64,000 nt of DNA from an uncultured Pseudomonadota bacterium (GTDB lineage: Bacteria > Bacillota > Sulfobacillia > JAUYEF01), in contig CAYQIY010000011.1 in assembly GCA_964417635.1 (NCBI GenBank), positions 33,741 through 97,740 on the forward strand, in the 5' to 3' direction. Every line of letters begins with the position of its first letter. Positions within the stretch are counted from its first letter, which is position 1. Of this stretch, positions 9,714 through 20,243 are shown piece by piece. The notes under the pieces were generated by a model, which saw only the letters and a list, made by a program, of their open reading frames with translations, ran no database searches and was not told the origin of the DNA. The position numbers were made by a program, and so were the translations under genes.

Positions 9714-10496
9714 ATGTGTGCCGCTTTGCTTCGTATACCTGGTACGCCTCATGGATTCTCGGCTTTATTCACCACTCGTTCGGGTGGAGTATCAGACGGA
9801 GCCTACAAGAGCATGAACCTAGGCTTCACTGTGGATGACGACGAGCAATCTGTTCGCATTAACCGGAACAGGTTGTTCAGTACACTCGGTTGCAGACCGT
9901 CCGACGTAGTTGTCATGCAGCAGGTGCACGGCGCGGAGTGTAGACTCGTGAGTTCGATGGAGCGCTCTCTTGGGGCACTCGAGCAGCGCAGCGCATTAGC
10001 TGGTGTAGATGCGCTGACCACACGCGAGCAGCGCCTCGTGCTCATGGGGCTGTTTGCCGACTGCGTGCCGGTGTGCATATTTGACCCGGTGTCCAATGCG
10101 CTTGCGCTGTGTCATGCAAGCTGGAGAGGCACTGCTCGGCGAGTTGCACCGGCGGCGGTACGTTGTCTGGTTGAAAGCGGCAGTAAGGTGAACGATCTTA
10201 CCGCAGTGATCGGCCCGTGTATATGCCAAAGATGCTATGAAGTGGGAGATGATGTGGTAGACGCGCTCGGACTATATGATATGTCCATGCCGGGTGTGCT
10301 CGTGCCGAGTCGGCCAGGTAAGTGGTTACTCGACCTTAGAACGCTGAACAGCGCTCAACTCGCCGACTCAGGTGTGCCGATGCACAACATCAGCGTGTAC
10401 GACATGTGCACGGCCTGCAATGAGGATCTATTTTTCTCGCACAGGAGAGACGGCGCCAAGACCGGCCGAATGGCGATGGTCTGTTGGATTGAGTGA
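9714..10496 (+). CDS. pgeF: Purine nucleoside phosphorylase / laccase-domain protein PgeF (YlmD/YfiH, DUF152)
   Basis: ORF 9663..10496; start moved to Met18 by alignment with YlmD; TTRSGGVS..YKSMNLG, CHASWRG, GPCICQRCYEVG motifs. Confidence 0.8.
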   Translation: MCAALLRIPGTPHGFSALFTTRSGGVSDGAYKSMNLGFTVDDDEQSVRINRNRLFSTLGCRPSDVVVMQQVHGAECRLVSSMERSLGALEQRSALAGVDALTTREQRLVLMGLFADCVPVCIFDPVSNALALCHASWRGTARRVAPAAVRCLVESGSKVNDLTAVIGPCICQRCYEVGDDVVDALGLYDMSMPGVLVPSRPGKWLLDLRTLNSAQLADSGVPMHNISVYDMCTACNEDLFFSHRRDGAKTGRMAMVCWIE

Positions 10497-10566
10497 GGCT
10501 GTGGAGGAATAGAGATGGCTTCGAGAGAACAACCATTAGATACGACCTATGCCACGGAAGACCACT

Positions 10567-11856
10567 ATGACATCTCGTAAGACATCTGCCCCAAAGAAGC
10601 GTTCGGCTGTGAGACGGAGGAGGCCCAAGCAGAAGAAAACCGGCAGATTTAGGGTCGGATTCTTGCTGCTCATTCCGGTGCTTCTGTTTATCGCGTACTG
10701 GTGGGCCAAAGACGCGATACTGCCTGTCGTGGTGCTCTCGGCAACAGCTGAACCCGGTTATCTGGAGCGTTCTGTACACGCCAAAGCGCTTGTGGTGCGG
10801 CAGGAGACGGTGTACGTCGCGCCTGTCTCAGGCCGTCTTGTGCTCTTGGTCAACGAAGGCGAAAGAGTGCGGGCAGGCGCGTGGGTTGCCGAGATCTCGG
10901 ATCCTGCGACGCAGAAGGCTTTTGACGAGCAGATCGAAGCGTTGGACAGGCGGATCGCCGAATTCGAGCGCTCGAACGCATCAAGGATGTCTCAACTTGT
11001 ACACACGATGAAGCAGTTCGACACCAAGATTGCAGAGAGCGTGGCCGAAGCAAGAAAAGCGACATCTCTCAATGACGCAGCAAGGCTGCACGAGCTGGAC
11101 AAGATCGTCCGAGATTATCTGGATGCTAGGCTAACAGCTTCTATAGACCTTGCAAGACTCGACTCTGTACTCCAGGATTTGCTGGCAGAAAGACAGCGGC
11201 TGCTGGAGCTTTCGAAGAAAACCACAAATGTTATTGTAGCTCCGGGGCCCGGTGTAGTAAGCTTCGTGTTGGATGGGCTTGAACGCCAGTTTGCATTCGG
11301 TATGCTGGAGGGGCTCTCGGCAAGGACTGTGTTTACTGCACAGACCTCGAGTGAACAGAGTAGCACCGGCGATGAGGTGCGAGCGGGCAAACCAATACTG
11401 AAAATAATGGGGCTTGACAACGTCCAACTTGCCGTTCCGCTTAAAGCGGAAGACTTGGTAGATATGGTGGCAGTGCAGCACGTCGAAGTCAGGTCAGAAT
11501 TGTTTGGCCTAAGGGCGTATGCTGGTAAAGTGGTATCTGTTTCCGAGCCGGGAATTGACGGTTATGGCCTGGTCATGATTGGTCTCTCTTCGTTCCCTGA
11601 GGAACTGTTCAGAACGAGGGTGCTCGACGTCGAGCTTGTCAAAGACAGACGCGAGGGCATAGTACTGCCCGAAGAATGTCTTATTGAGAAGAACGGCGAG
11701 ACCGGCGTCTATGTAGTTTATAAGACCATGGCGAGCTTTCGCAAAGTCACAGTAAGGGCAAGGATAGACGGGAAGGTGGTTGTTGACGGTATATCCCCAG
11801 GGGTCGAGGTTATCAGGAATCACTGGCTGGTCAGAGAAGGATTAAAAGTACGCTAG
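10567..11856 (+). CDS. HlyD-family membrane-fusion (periplasmic adaptor-like) protein, orphan
   Basis: ORF 10549..11856; Lys/Arg-rich N-terminus, one TM helix, biotin-lipoyl-like half-motifs, long coiled coil, C-terminal beta-barrel/MP-like region (GIVLPEECLIEKNGETGVYVV); no cognate transporter gene adjacent. Confidence 0.65.
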   Translation: MTSRKTSAPKKRSAVRRRRPKQKKTGRFRVGFLLLIPVLLFIAYWWAKDAILPVVVLSATAEPGYLERSVHAKALVVRQETVYVAPVSGRLVLLVNEGERVRAGAWVAEISDPATQKAFDEQIEALDRRIAEFERSNASRMSQLVHTMKQFDTKIAESVAEARKATSLNDAARLHELDKIVRDYLDARLTASIDLARLDSVLQDLLAERQRLLELSKKTTNVIVAPGPGVVSFVLDGLERQFAFGMLEGLSARTVFTAQTSSEQSSTGDEVRAGKPILKIMGLDNVQLAVPLKAEDLVDMVAVQHVEVRSELFGLRAYAGKVVSVSEPGIDGYGLVMIGLSSFPEELFRTRVLDVELVKDRREGIVLPEECLIEKNGETGVYVVYKTMASFRKVTVRARIDGKVVVDGISPGVEVIRNHWLVREGLKVR

Positions 11857-11874
11857 ACACTACGGGGGAACACC

Positions 11875-12573
11875 ATGACACTTGAGGAACGTCTTGCATC
11901 GGTACGGCTGCGCATCGAGCGCGCCGCACAAAAGAGCGGCAGATCAGGTAGTGATGTCACGCTGGTTGCCGTAACCAAAGGGGTTAGTCTTGCCGATGTG
12001 GAAAGAGCATATCAGCTTGGGCAGAAGGATTTTGGCGAGAACCGGGTGCAGGAAGCTCGTGAGAAGATCGGCCTCTGCGACTTTGACGCGAACTGGCACA
12101 TGATAGGCCACCTGCAGACGAACAAGGCACGACACGCGTTGCAGATGTTTTCACTGATTCACTCGCTAGATAGGATCTCACTTGCCAAAGAACTGCAGAG
12201 ACAGTGCGAGCGCGAGGACAAGGTAGTTCGTACGCTGGTGCAGATCAACATAGCAGGGGAGTCAACCAAATTTGGAATCAGTCCGGAAGACGTGAGCGGT
12301 CTTGTCGAAAGAGTGAAAGCATATGACCGCATTTACATTGATGGTATCATGACCATCGCGCCTTACACGGATGATCCCGAAAGTGTGAGGCCGCATTTTG
12401 CGGAGATGGCTCGCATTCGGGACATGCTCAGCCAGAGGTCTCACGAGCGGCTGCGTATGCGCCACCTGTCGATGGGTATGAGTGGCGATTTTGAAGTGGC
12501 TATAGAAGAAGGTGCAACAATGGTCAGAATAGGCACGGCAGTCTTTGGTCCGAGGTCGGCGGCTGCGGTCTGA
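11875..12573 (+). CDS. ylmE: PLP-binding protein YggS/YlmE
   Basis: 232 aa; VTLVAVTK..., HMIGHLQTNK, SMGMSGDFEVAIEEGATMVRIG motifs of the YggS family. Confidence 0.9.
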   Translation: MTLEERLASVRLRIERAAQKSGRSGSDVTLVAVTKGVSLADVERAYQLGQKDFGENRVQEAREKIGLCDFDANWHMIGHLQTNKARHALQMFSLIHSLDRISLAKELQRQCEREDKVVRTLVQINIAGESTKFGISPEDVSGLVERVKAYDRIYIDGIMTIAPYTDDPESVRPHFAEMARIRDMLSQRSHERLRMRHLSMGMSGDFEVAIEEGATMVRIGTAVFGPRSAAAV

Positions 12574-12598
12574 GAGAGAGGTGTTCTGTTTGCAGGTG

Positions 12599-12853
12599 AT
12601 GCGTGTAATAGACGTCGCGCTTGAACTACTGCTTTGGGGGATGATCGTTCGGGCCATACTATCATGGTTTCCGGTTAGGTCACCCAGGGGTACGCTCTAC
12701 AGTGCCAGAAGGGTTCTTGAAGATCTGACAGACCCCATACTGGCTCCCATCAGGAAAGTTATACCGATTGTGGGTGGGTTGGATTTCTCGGTCTTTGTTG
12801 CGGTATTGCTGATTCAGGTTGTACGACAGTGGCTTAGGGTGCTTCCATTGTAG
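12599..12853 (+). CDS. ylmG: YggT family membrane protein (YlmG)
   Basis: ORF 12545..12853; start at Met19; small 2-TM protein with YGGT-like LSWFP motif. Confidence 0.75.
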   Translation: MRVIDVALELLLWGMIVRAILSWFPVRSPRGTLYSARRVLEDLTDPILAPIRKVIPIVGGLDFSVFVAVLLIQVVRQWLRVLPL

Positions 12854-12937
12854 TATTGCAGGAGCGGAATTCACGTTCTTCATAAGTTCAAATAGAGACC
12901 GTGAGCCCAGACGGATTCCGGTCGGGGAGGTATGTTA

Positions 12938-13405
12938 ATGCTGACTCCGCTTGATATTCATAACAAGGAGTTTAGCAAGGCCTTCAGGGGTTACAGTGAG
13001 GTAGAGGTGGACGAGTTTCTCGATGTTGTTGTGCGCAACTTCGAAGAACTGCTCCGCACGAACTCAGAGCAGAAAGCGCGTATTGAAGAGATGGAGGCCA
13101 AAGTCAACCAGTACAAGTCTTTGGAGGAGACGCTGAACAACACCCTGATAGTGGCTCAGCAGACGGCTGATGAGGTCAGGGCTAACGCAAATCGAGAAGC
13201 AGAACTGATAGTTGAGAAGGCGAAGATAGAAGCCAGCCGAATTGTTGACGAAGGCCAAGAAAGACTTGAGCAGGTGGTTCGCGAGTACGAGGATCTAAAA
13301 CGGCAGATGCAGGTCTTCAAGACGCGTATGCGCTCTCTTGTGAAATCGTATGAGCAGATGTTAGACGGCGTTGAGGAAGACTTAGAGGCTACGAAGGTAG
13401 TCTAG
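12938..13405 (+). CDS. divIVA: Cell division protein DivIVA
   Basis: ORF 12932..13405; MLTPLDIHNKEFSKAFRGY N-terminus and coiled-coil body; GGGGAGG RBS 7 nt upstream. Confidence 0.9.
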   Translation: MLTPLDIHNKEFSKAFRGYSEVEVDEFLDVVVRNFEELLRTNSEQKARIEEMEAKVNQYKSLEETLNNTLIVAQQTADEVRANANREAELIVEKAKIEASRIVDEGQERLEQVVREYEDLKRQMQVFKTRMRSLVKSYEQMLDGVEEDLEATKVV

Positions 13406-13702
13406 ATGGGCTCCAAAGCATTTGTCAGTGTAGTCGTCAAGACGCGTTCGAGAAGACCGGGAATACTCGGCTGGGTTGGAGCGTCGCTCAAAATGGGCGT
13501 CGCGTCTCCACCGGTGGACGGCAAGGCGAACTCCGAACTTGTCGGTGCGCTTTCTGACACGCTTGGTGTTCCCAGGAATGCCATAAGCATTGTGGCGGGC
13601 CAGAGTTCGTCAAAAAAACTGGTGGCCGTCTTGGGTATGGAGCCAGAAGAACTGCTTCGAAAGATAGAGGCACACACGCCGAGGCCACGCCAGTGGCCTT
13701 AA
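13406..13702 (+). CDS. DUF167 family protein (YggU-like)
   Basis: 98 aa; VDGKANSELVGALSDTLGVPRNAISIVAGQSSSKK resembles the YggU/UPF0235 family; start abuts divIVA stop. Confidence 0.7.
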   Translation: MGSKAFVSVVVKTRSRRPGILGWVGASLKMGVASPPVDGKANSELVGALSDTLGVPRNAISIVAGQSSSKKLVAVLGMEPEELLRKIEAHTPRPRQWP

Positions 13703-13724
13703 GTGTTCACCATCAAAGGGGGGC

Positions 13725-14423
13725 TTGCTTGCATTGCGCAAGAAGACGGTCGGTATTCTGGGGGGCATGGGCCCCGAAGCAACGGCAGATCTGTTTCTCA
13801 AGATCATAAAGGCTACACCTGCAAAGAAGGACCAGGAACACCTGCGCATTGTAGTGGACAATAACCCGGCGATTCCTGACAGGACGAGCGCCATACTTTC
13901 TGGGGGCGAAGACCCCACACCACTACTCGTAACAACCGCCAGGCGACTTGTTGATGCGGGAGCCCAACTGATAGTAATCCCGTGCAACACCGCGCACTAT
14001 TTCCATTCGAGTGTTGCGGAAGCCGTAGACGTTCCAGTTCTGCACATGATGGAAGAGACCGCGTGCTGTTTGGCGTCAAAAGGCGTGAAGAGAGCAGGTT
14101 TGCTCGCTTCGAGCGGCACGGTAGAGGCGCAGTTATACCACAAAGCGCTTAGTCAGAAGCGAATTGACACGATTGTGCCGTCTGAGGGGATGCAGGCCAG
14201 GGTCATGAATGCGATCTACGCTATCAAATCTGGTGAGTTCAGCGAATCCAAGAGTCGGCTGCTGCAGGCAGCGCATGAGCTAGTCGATGCAGGAGCCGGT
14301 GCAGTGATCGCAGGCTGCACTGAGATCCCGCTTGTGCTTTCTCGTGCAGATCTTTCTGTGATGGTGATTGATGCAACGTGGGTGCTTGCTCAAGCAGCTG
14401 TGAGAGAGGCTCTCAGCCAGTAG
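13725..14423 (+). CDS. Aspartate/glutamate-family racemase (aspartate racemase-like)
   Basis: GILGGMGPEAT N-terminal motif and two-Cys architecture (..IPCNTAHYF.., ..AGCTEIPLV..). Confidence 0.8.
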   Translation: MLALRKKTVGILGGMGPEATADLFLKIIKATPAKKDQEHLRIVVDNNPAIPDRTSAILSGGEDPTPLLVTTARRLVDAGAQLIVIPCNTAHYFHSSVAEAVDVPVLHMMEETACCLASKGVKRAGLLASSGTVEAQLYHKALSQKRIDTIVPSEGMQARVMNAIYAIKSGEFSESKSRLLQAAHELVDAGAGAVIAGCTEIPLVLSRADLSVMVIDATWVLAQAAVREALSQ

Positions 14424-14454
14424 CACAAATTCTAAGTACGGCCAGGAGGTCAAT

Positions 14455-16065
14455 ATGAGGTACCTAAAAGCCGATGCGGTTTTTGTTAATGGCAAAATTC
14501 GTACCCAAGATTTTCATGATCGCGTTGTACAGGCGATCGCCGTGAAGGACGGGAGAATACTGGTTGTTGGCCAGAACGCAGAGGTTCAGAATGTGTGCGG
14601 CGATCTGACCGAGTGTCACGACCTAGGTGGAAGGACTGTCATCCCAGGTCTGATAGACAGCCACCTTCACTTACTCAGTTTCGGGCAATCGCTCGACAGG
14701 ATTGTGTTGTCTGACACAGCGTCCATTGAGCAGATGAAGCGTGCGTTGTCGCAGAAGGTGGCAGAAGCAGAACCCCAGACGTGGCTGTTCGGTCGTGGTT
14801 GGGATCAGGACAGGCTTAGCGAAAGCCGGTATCCGAATAGGGATGACCTGGACGAGGTTTCGCCGGACAATCCGGTTGTGTTGACCCGCGCGTGCGGTCA
14901 CGTCTCGGTGGTCAACAGCGCGGCTCTCAAGATTGCAAACATTGACGAAAACACTCCCGATCCTGCAGGAGGGGTCATTGATAGAGACAATGATGGGCGT
15001 CCGACTGGAATATTCCGCGAGCGCGCCATGGATCTCATACGAGTACATATACCTGAGCCCTCACGAGAAGAACTGCTCGCATGCCTTAGAAATGCTATGC
15101 GGGCGGCAGTTCGCGCCGGGCTCACCTCGATTCACACCAATGACGGTGTGCAAGCAGGTCTGGACATCGTCCCGGAACTCTACCGTACACTCCATCGGCA
15201 GGGCGAAAGGCTTAGAGTGTACTGGGATGTGCCGTGTGCGCATGCTGACGAACTGCTGGCCTCGGCTTACAGAACCGGCTCGGGCGACGAGTATTTCAAG
15301 TTTGGTTCCGTTAAGATGTTTATCGATGGCTCGCTCGGAGGCAGGACGGCTGCTCTCGACGGCTGGTATGCCGATGAACCCGGCAACAACGGAGTGCTGG
15401 TGTTAGAGCCAGCCCAACTGGACGAACTTGTGCTTCGGTGTCACGCGGCAGGTATGCAGGTGGCAGCTCACGCGATAGGTGACAGAGGTGTAAGGTTGGT
15501 ACTCGACGCCATCCATAAAGCTGACATGCAGGTTCCGAGACCTGGGTCGCGGCACCGCGTGATCCACTGCCAGATAATGACACCCGAGCTGTATGACAGG
15601 TTTGCGGCGCTCGGAGTGGTGGCAGATATCCAGCCCAAGTTCGTCACGACCGACATGCTCTGGGCAGAGAACCGAGTCGGTCGAGACAAAGCAAAGACGT
15701 CGTATGCTTGGAAGACGTTCCTAGACCGTGGGATACCTGCGGCCGGTGGTTCTGACTGTCCGGTTGAACCGATTGAACCGATGCTCGGCATATACGCGGC
15801 AGTAACGCGCTGTGACATGCAGGGCCAGCCCGAAGACGGATGGATGCCTGAGCAGCGTCTCAGTGTCAACGAAGCGGTGCGTCTGTTTACCCAAGGCGGG
15901 GCGTTTGCAGCGTATGAGGAACATTCAAAGGGCACGCTTGAGGCTGGAAAACTTGCGGATTTTGTCGTGCTGGACAGCAATATATATGAGATTGACCCTA
16001 TGGATATTATCGGTGTAAGGCCTGTTATGACCGTGATCGGCGGCAAGGTGGTCTACTCAGTCTGA
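14455..16065 (+). CDS. Amidohydrolase-3 family metal-dependent hydrolase (YtcJ / D-aminoacylase-like)
   Basis: 536 aa; GLIDSHLHL metal-binding HxH, AAHAIGD and GSDCPVEP motifs typical of amidohydrolase family 3. Confidence 0.75.
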   Translation: MRYLKADAVFVNGKIRTQDFHDRVVQAIAVKDGRILVVGQNAEVQNVCGDLTECHDLGGRTVIPGLIDSHLHLLSFGQSLDRIVLSDTASIEQMKRALSQKVAEAEPQTWLFGRGWDQDRLSESRYPNRDDLDEVSPDNPVVLTRACGHVSVVNSAALKIANIDENTPDPAGGVIDRDNDGRPTGIFRERAMDLIRVHIPEPSREELLACLRNAMRAAVRAGLTSIHTNDGVQAGLDIVPELYRTLHRQGERLRVYWDVPCAHADELLASAYRTGSGDEYFKFGSVKMFIDGSLGGRTAALDGWYADEPGNNGVLVLEPAQLDELVLRCHAAGMQVAAHAIGDRGVRLVLDAIHKADMQVPRPGSRHRVIHCQIMTPELYDRFAALGVVADIQPKFVTTDMLWAENRVGRDKAKTSYAWKTFLDRGIPAAGGSDCPVEPIEPMLGIYAAVTRCDMQGQPEDGWMPEQRLSVNEAVRLFTQGGAFAAYEEHSKGTLEAGKLADFVVLDSNIYEIDPMDIIGVRPVMTVIGGKVVYSV

Positions 16066-16114
16066 CAGATTCCCCCGCGACACAAAACCGTTCAGAACGG
16101 GCAACATACACGTC

Positions 16115-16435
16115 GTGGGGGCGACAGAATTGCCGGATACCAGCGATCGCGACGCACTGCTCGAACTACTCAGACTTAGAGTAGAGCAGATGGCGCTGAA
16201 CATCGAAAAGATGAAGATAGCCGAATACGTCGAGCTGCTCGGCAACCCCTGGAGGTTGATGTACGTCAACTTCCTTGCCGGGGTGGCGCGCGGCATCGGC
16301 GCGGCAGTTGGCTGGGCTTTGCTTGCGACAGCGCTGCTTGCGGTGTTGCGAGCACTGGTGCTGGCAAACTTGCCTCTCATCGGCGGGCTCATCGCCGATT
16401 TGGTCGAGTTGGTGCAAAACCAGCTCGCACGCTGA
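16115..16435 (+). CDS. Hypothetical small membrane protein
   Basis: ORF track only; hydrophobic C-terminal half (NFLAGVARGIGAAVGWALLATALLAVL); start uncertain, no family recognised. Confidence 0.3.
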   Translation: MGATELPDTSDRDALLELLRLRVEQMALNIEKMKIAEYVELLGNPWRLMYVNFLAGVARGIGAAVGWALLATALLAVLRALVLANLPLIGGLIADLVELVQNQLAR

Positions 16436-16455
16436 CAAGAGGAGGCCGGACACCG

Positions 16456-16998
16456 GTGAACCATGCCAGGCAGAGACAGGTACTGAATGAGTTAAAGGTA
16501 GAAACGCAAGCGAGGATTAGACGGCTGACCCAAGATGTGGGCGCGCGTGAGTCTATCGGAGAATTGTCGATGTACGACAATCATCCTGCAGACGTGGGTA
16601 CAGAAACGTTTGAGCGAGCGCGAGACGTAGGTTCTCGGGTTTATGAGGTTCGTAGGCTTGAGCAGATTGATCACGCACTAGAGCGCATCGACTCGGGAGA
16701 ATACGCTAAGTGCGAGCACTGCGGCCATCGGATTGACGATGAACGACTAGAGGCCGTGCCCTGGGCTACTCGCTGCAGCCGGTGCCAGCAATCATTGGAC
16801 GAGTCGGGCACTAAGTGGCGGCCCGTTGAAGAAGATGTTATAAAGATGCCGTTCGGCAACTCAGACAGGGCAACAGAGTATCTGGGATACGACGGGCAAG
16901 ATGCGTGGGAAGACGCATCACAGCAATCTTCGTCCGACAGCCCTCAAGATCGGTCTGGCGAGGATGTTCATGCTGATAGACGCAGGTCCGTGAATTGA
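16456..16998 (+). CDS. DksA/TraR-family C4 zinc-finger protein (YteA/YlyA-like)
   Basis: CEHCGHRIDDERLEAVPWATRCSRCQ C4 zinc finger preceded by coiled coil; sits where ylyA lies upstream of lspA in B. subtilis. Confidence 0.7.
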   Translation: MNHARQRQVLNELKVETQARIRRLTQDVGARESIGELSMYDNHPADVGTETFERARDVGSRVYEVRRLEQIDHALERIDSGEYAKCEHCGHRIDDERLEAVPWATRCSRCQQSLDESGTKWRPVEEDVIKMPFGNSDRATEYLGYDGQDAWEDASQQSSSDSPQDRSGEDVHADRRRSVN

Positions 16999-17019
16999 TA
17001 CGTCGGAAGGGAGCAACAT

Positions 17020-17475
17020 GTGAACAAACTGTTCTGGTGTGTGGCCGGGATAGTGGTGGCCATCGACCGCCTGACAAAATGGATTATTGTAAGCAACATG
17101 GAGATATTGGAGTCTATCCCGGTGATACCGGGTTTGTTCCACATAACCCATATACAGAACCCGGGAGCCGCTTTCGGTCTTTTTAGAGATGCAAGAGCGC
17201 TCTTTCTCATGATATCGCTAGTAGTCATATTGGCAGTAATATGGTACTCACATCGTGTTGAGCGAGACCAGAAACTGCTGAGCATAGGTCTTGGACTGAC
17301 GCTTGCTGGCGCGTTTGGAAATATGATCGATAGACTGACCAGAGGGCTCGTGGTAGACTTTCTCGATTTTCGTATATGGCCGGTGTTTAACGTAGCCGAT
17401 TCGGCCATTGTGGTGGGCTCTGCGATAGTGGTGTACTTTCTACTCAAAATGCCGGTGGAGCCAAGGGGTAGGTGA
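17020..17475 (+). CDS. lspA: Lipoprotein signal peptidase (signal peptidase II)
   Basis: 151 aa; four TM helices, NPGAAFG and FNVADSAIVVG motifs; GTG start after GGAAGGGAG. Confidence 0.9.
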   Translation: MNKLFWCVAGIVVAIDRLTKWIIVSNMEILESIPVIPGLFHITHIQNPGAAFGLFRDARALFLMISLVVILAVIWYSHRVERDQKLLSIGLGLTLAGAFGNMIDRLTRGLVVDFLDFRIWPVFNVADSAIVVGSAIVVYFLLKMPVEPRGR

Positions 17476-17477
17476 GC

Positions 17478-18434
17478 ATGCAGAGAATCCGAGTCGATGA
17501 GCCAAACCACGGCGTAAGGTTAGACGTGCTCTTGTCTCTAGAGCCATCCTTCGGGCGCAGCCGCTCGTTCGCGCAGAAGATAATAGACGCCGGATTGGTG
17601 AGTATAAACGGTAAGTTGGCCAAGTCGTCGGCTAGGGTGCGAGCAGGTGATGAGATTGCTTTCGAAGTGCCCGCACCGCTACCTTCAGAAGCACTGCCAG
17701 AGAGCATTCCGATCGATGTAGTCTACGAAGATAGCCAGATCATAGTCGTGAACAAGCCTCGCGGAATGGTGGTGCATCCTGCGGCAGGCAATCGTTCGGG
17801 CACACTCGTAAACGCGCTGCTTGCACGCTGCCCGGATATTTCTGCGATAGGAGATCGCGTACGGCCTGGAATCGTGCACCGCCTTGACAAAGACACCACC
17901 GGCGTTCTGGTTGTGGCCAAGAACGAGCGATCACTCAAAGCTCTGCAGACGCAGATCAAAGCGCGCACCGCTAAGAGGCGTTATGTAGCGCTGGTGAACG
18001 GTGTGATCTTGAAGCCGGGCATGGTCGACGCTCCCATAGGCAGAGACCCGAAAAACCGCAAGAAGATGGCCGTGGTGCAAAACGGTAGGCCGGCAGTCAC
18101 AAAGTTCTGTGTAATTGAGAGATTTGAGCGCAGTTGTCTGCTCAGAATTGAGTTAGAGACCGGGCGTACACACCAGATAAGGGTGCACATGGCGCATATA
18201 GGACATCCGGTGGCCAATGATAGTGTCTACGGCCGAAAGAAGACGGCATCAACACTAAAAGGTCAGGCGTTGCATGCGTACGAACTCGGACTCTGTCATC
18301 CGGAAACAGGTGTGCAGATGCTCTTTAGAGCAGGCTTGCCTGAGGATTTCAGGGATGAGCTGCTGCGTATCGGGATGGAACCAGCAGCAGTTGACAGGTT
18401 GGTGTGCACTGAAGTATGCGAAAAGACGTCCTAA
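17478..18434 (+). CDS. rluD: 23S rRNA pseudouridine synthase RluD (RluA family)
   Basis: ORF 17472..18434; S4 domain then HRLDKDTTGVLVVAKN catalytic motif. Confidence 0.9.
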   Translation: MQRIRVDEPNHGVRLDVLLSLEPSFGRSRSFAQKIIDAGLVSINGKLAKSSARVRAGDEIAFEVPAPLPSEALPESIPIDVVYEDSQIIVVNKPRGMVVHPAAGNRSGTLVNALLARCPDISAIGDRVRPGIVHRLDKDTTGVLVVAKNERSLKALQTQIKARTAKRRYVALVNGVILKPGMVDAPIGRDPKNRKKMAVVQNGRPAVTKFCVIERFERSCLLRIELETGRTHQIRVHMAHIGHPVANDSVYGRKKTASTLKGQALHAYELGLCHPETGVQMLFRAGLPEDFRDELLRIGMEPAAVDRLVCTEVCEKTS

Positions 18435-18494
18435 ATATTACCTCGGTTTGGGCAGATATTTGCTTGACACACTAAATTCGTTCTGCTAGTGTTT

Positions 18495-19198
<704 letters not shown>

Positions 19199-19199
19199 A

Positions 19200-19290
19200 A
19201 ACCTAGACCCTTTAAGCCAGTACGAGATGCTGGAAAGGGTGGACGAGACGGACATACCCCGCCGTTCACCCGGACGGGGTTTTTTGACGC
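19200..19290 (+). promoter_or_regulatory. pyr operon attenuator 2 (PyrR-binding loop + terminator) upstream of pyrB
   Basis: CCCTTTAAGCCAGTACGAGATGCTGGAAAGGG repeats the attenuator-1 motif; then CCCCGCCG..CGGACGGGG hairpin + TTTTTT. Confidence 0.6.
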
Positions 19291-19316
19291 ACTAATCAGG
19301 TGAAGGAGGCAAGCCC

Positions 19317-20240
19317 TTGAGACTCCAGAGAAAGGACATACTGGGACTGGAAGAGATGACAGCAGGAGAAATGCTGCTGATTCTAGACACTGCTGACTCT
19401 ATGAAAGAAATACTTACCAGAACGATAAAAAAGGTTCCTACGCTGCGCGGGCGTTCCGTATGCACACTCTTTTACGAGCCGAGCACTCGTACACGTACTT
19501 CGTTTGAGATGGCTGCCAAGTACATGAGTGCCGATACGGTGAGCGTTGCGACCGCAACGTCGGCCGTGCAGAAGGGCGAGACTCTCAAGGATACCGCACT
19601 CACCATACAGGCAATGGGAATCGACGTAGTCATCATGAGACACCCTGTTTCGGGCTCATGCCACTTCCTCAGTAGGATCCTGGATGCGTCTGTGATAAAC
19701 GCAGGAGACGGCATGCACGAGCATCCCACGCAGGGGCTTCTTGACATGTTCACAATTCGTGAGAAGAAGGGTCAGATAGAAGGACTTGAAGTCACCATCC
19801 TGGGCGATGTGTACCACAGCCGGGTTGCACGGTCGAACATCTGGGGTCTCACGAAACTTGGAGCCAAAGTGAGGGTATGCGGGCCGTCAACTCTTCTACC
19901 GCCAGAGATCGAAAAGATGGGAGTCAAGGCGTACACAGATGTCAGCAAAGCGGTGGACGGAGCAGATGTAATCAACGTGCTCAGGTTGCAGCTTGAGCGT
20001 CAGCATAAAGGACTCTTCCCCAGTGTTCGTGAGTACTCGGCAATGTTCGGCCTTAACGCGGAGCGGGTGAAAGCGGCAAAACCGGATGTCCTTGTGATGC
20101 ATCCCGGGCCGATGAACAGGGGAGTCGAAATCTCGTCTGACGTAGCCGATGCGCCGTACGCCGTGATAGGCGAGCAGGTGACCAACGGCGTGGCCGTGCG
20201 AATGGCCATCCTGTATCTAATCCTGGGAGGAGTTGAGTAG
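19317..20240 (+). CDS. pyrB: Aspartate carbamoyltransferase catalytic subunit
   Basis: STRTR and HPTQ motifs; TTG start after GAAGGAGG. Confidence 0.95.
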   Translation: MRLQRKDILGLEEMTAGEMLLILDTADSMKEILTRTIKKVPTLRGRSVCTLFYEPSTRTRTSFEMAAKYMSADTVSVATATSAVQKGETLKDTALTIQAMGIDVVIMRHPVSGSCHFLSRILDASVINAGDGMHEHPTQGLLDMFTIREKKGQIEGLEVTILGDVYHSRVARSNIWGLTKLGAKVRVCGPSTLLPPEIEKMGVKAYTDVSKAVDGADVINVLRLQLERQHKGLFPSVREYSAMFGLNAERVKAAKPDVLVMHPGPMNRGVEISSDVADAPYAVIGEQVTNGVAVRMAILYLILGGVE

Positions 20241-20243
20241 CAG

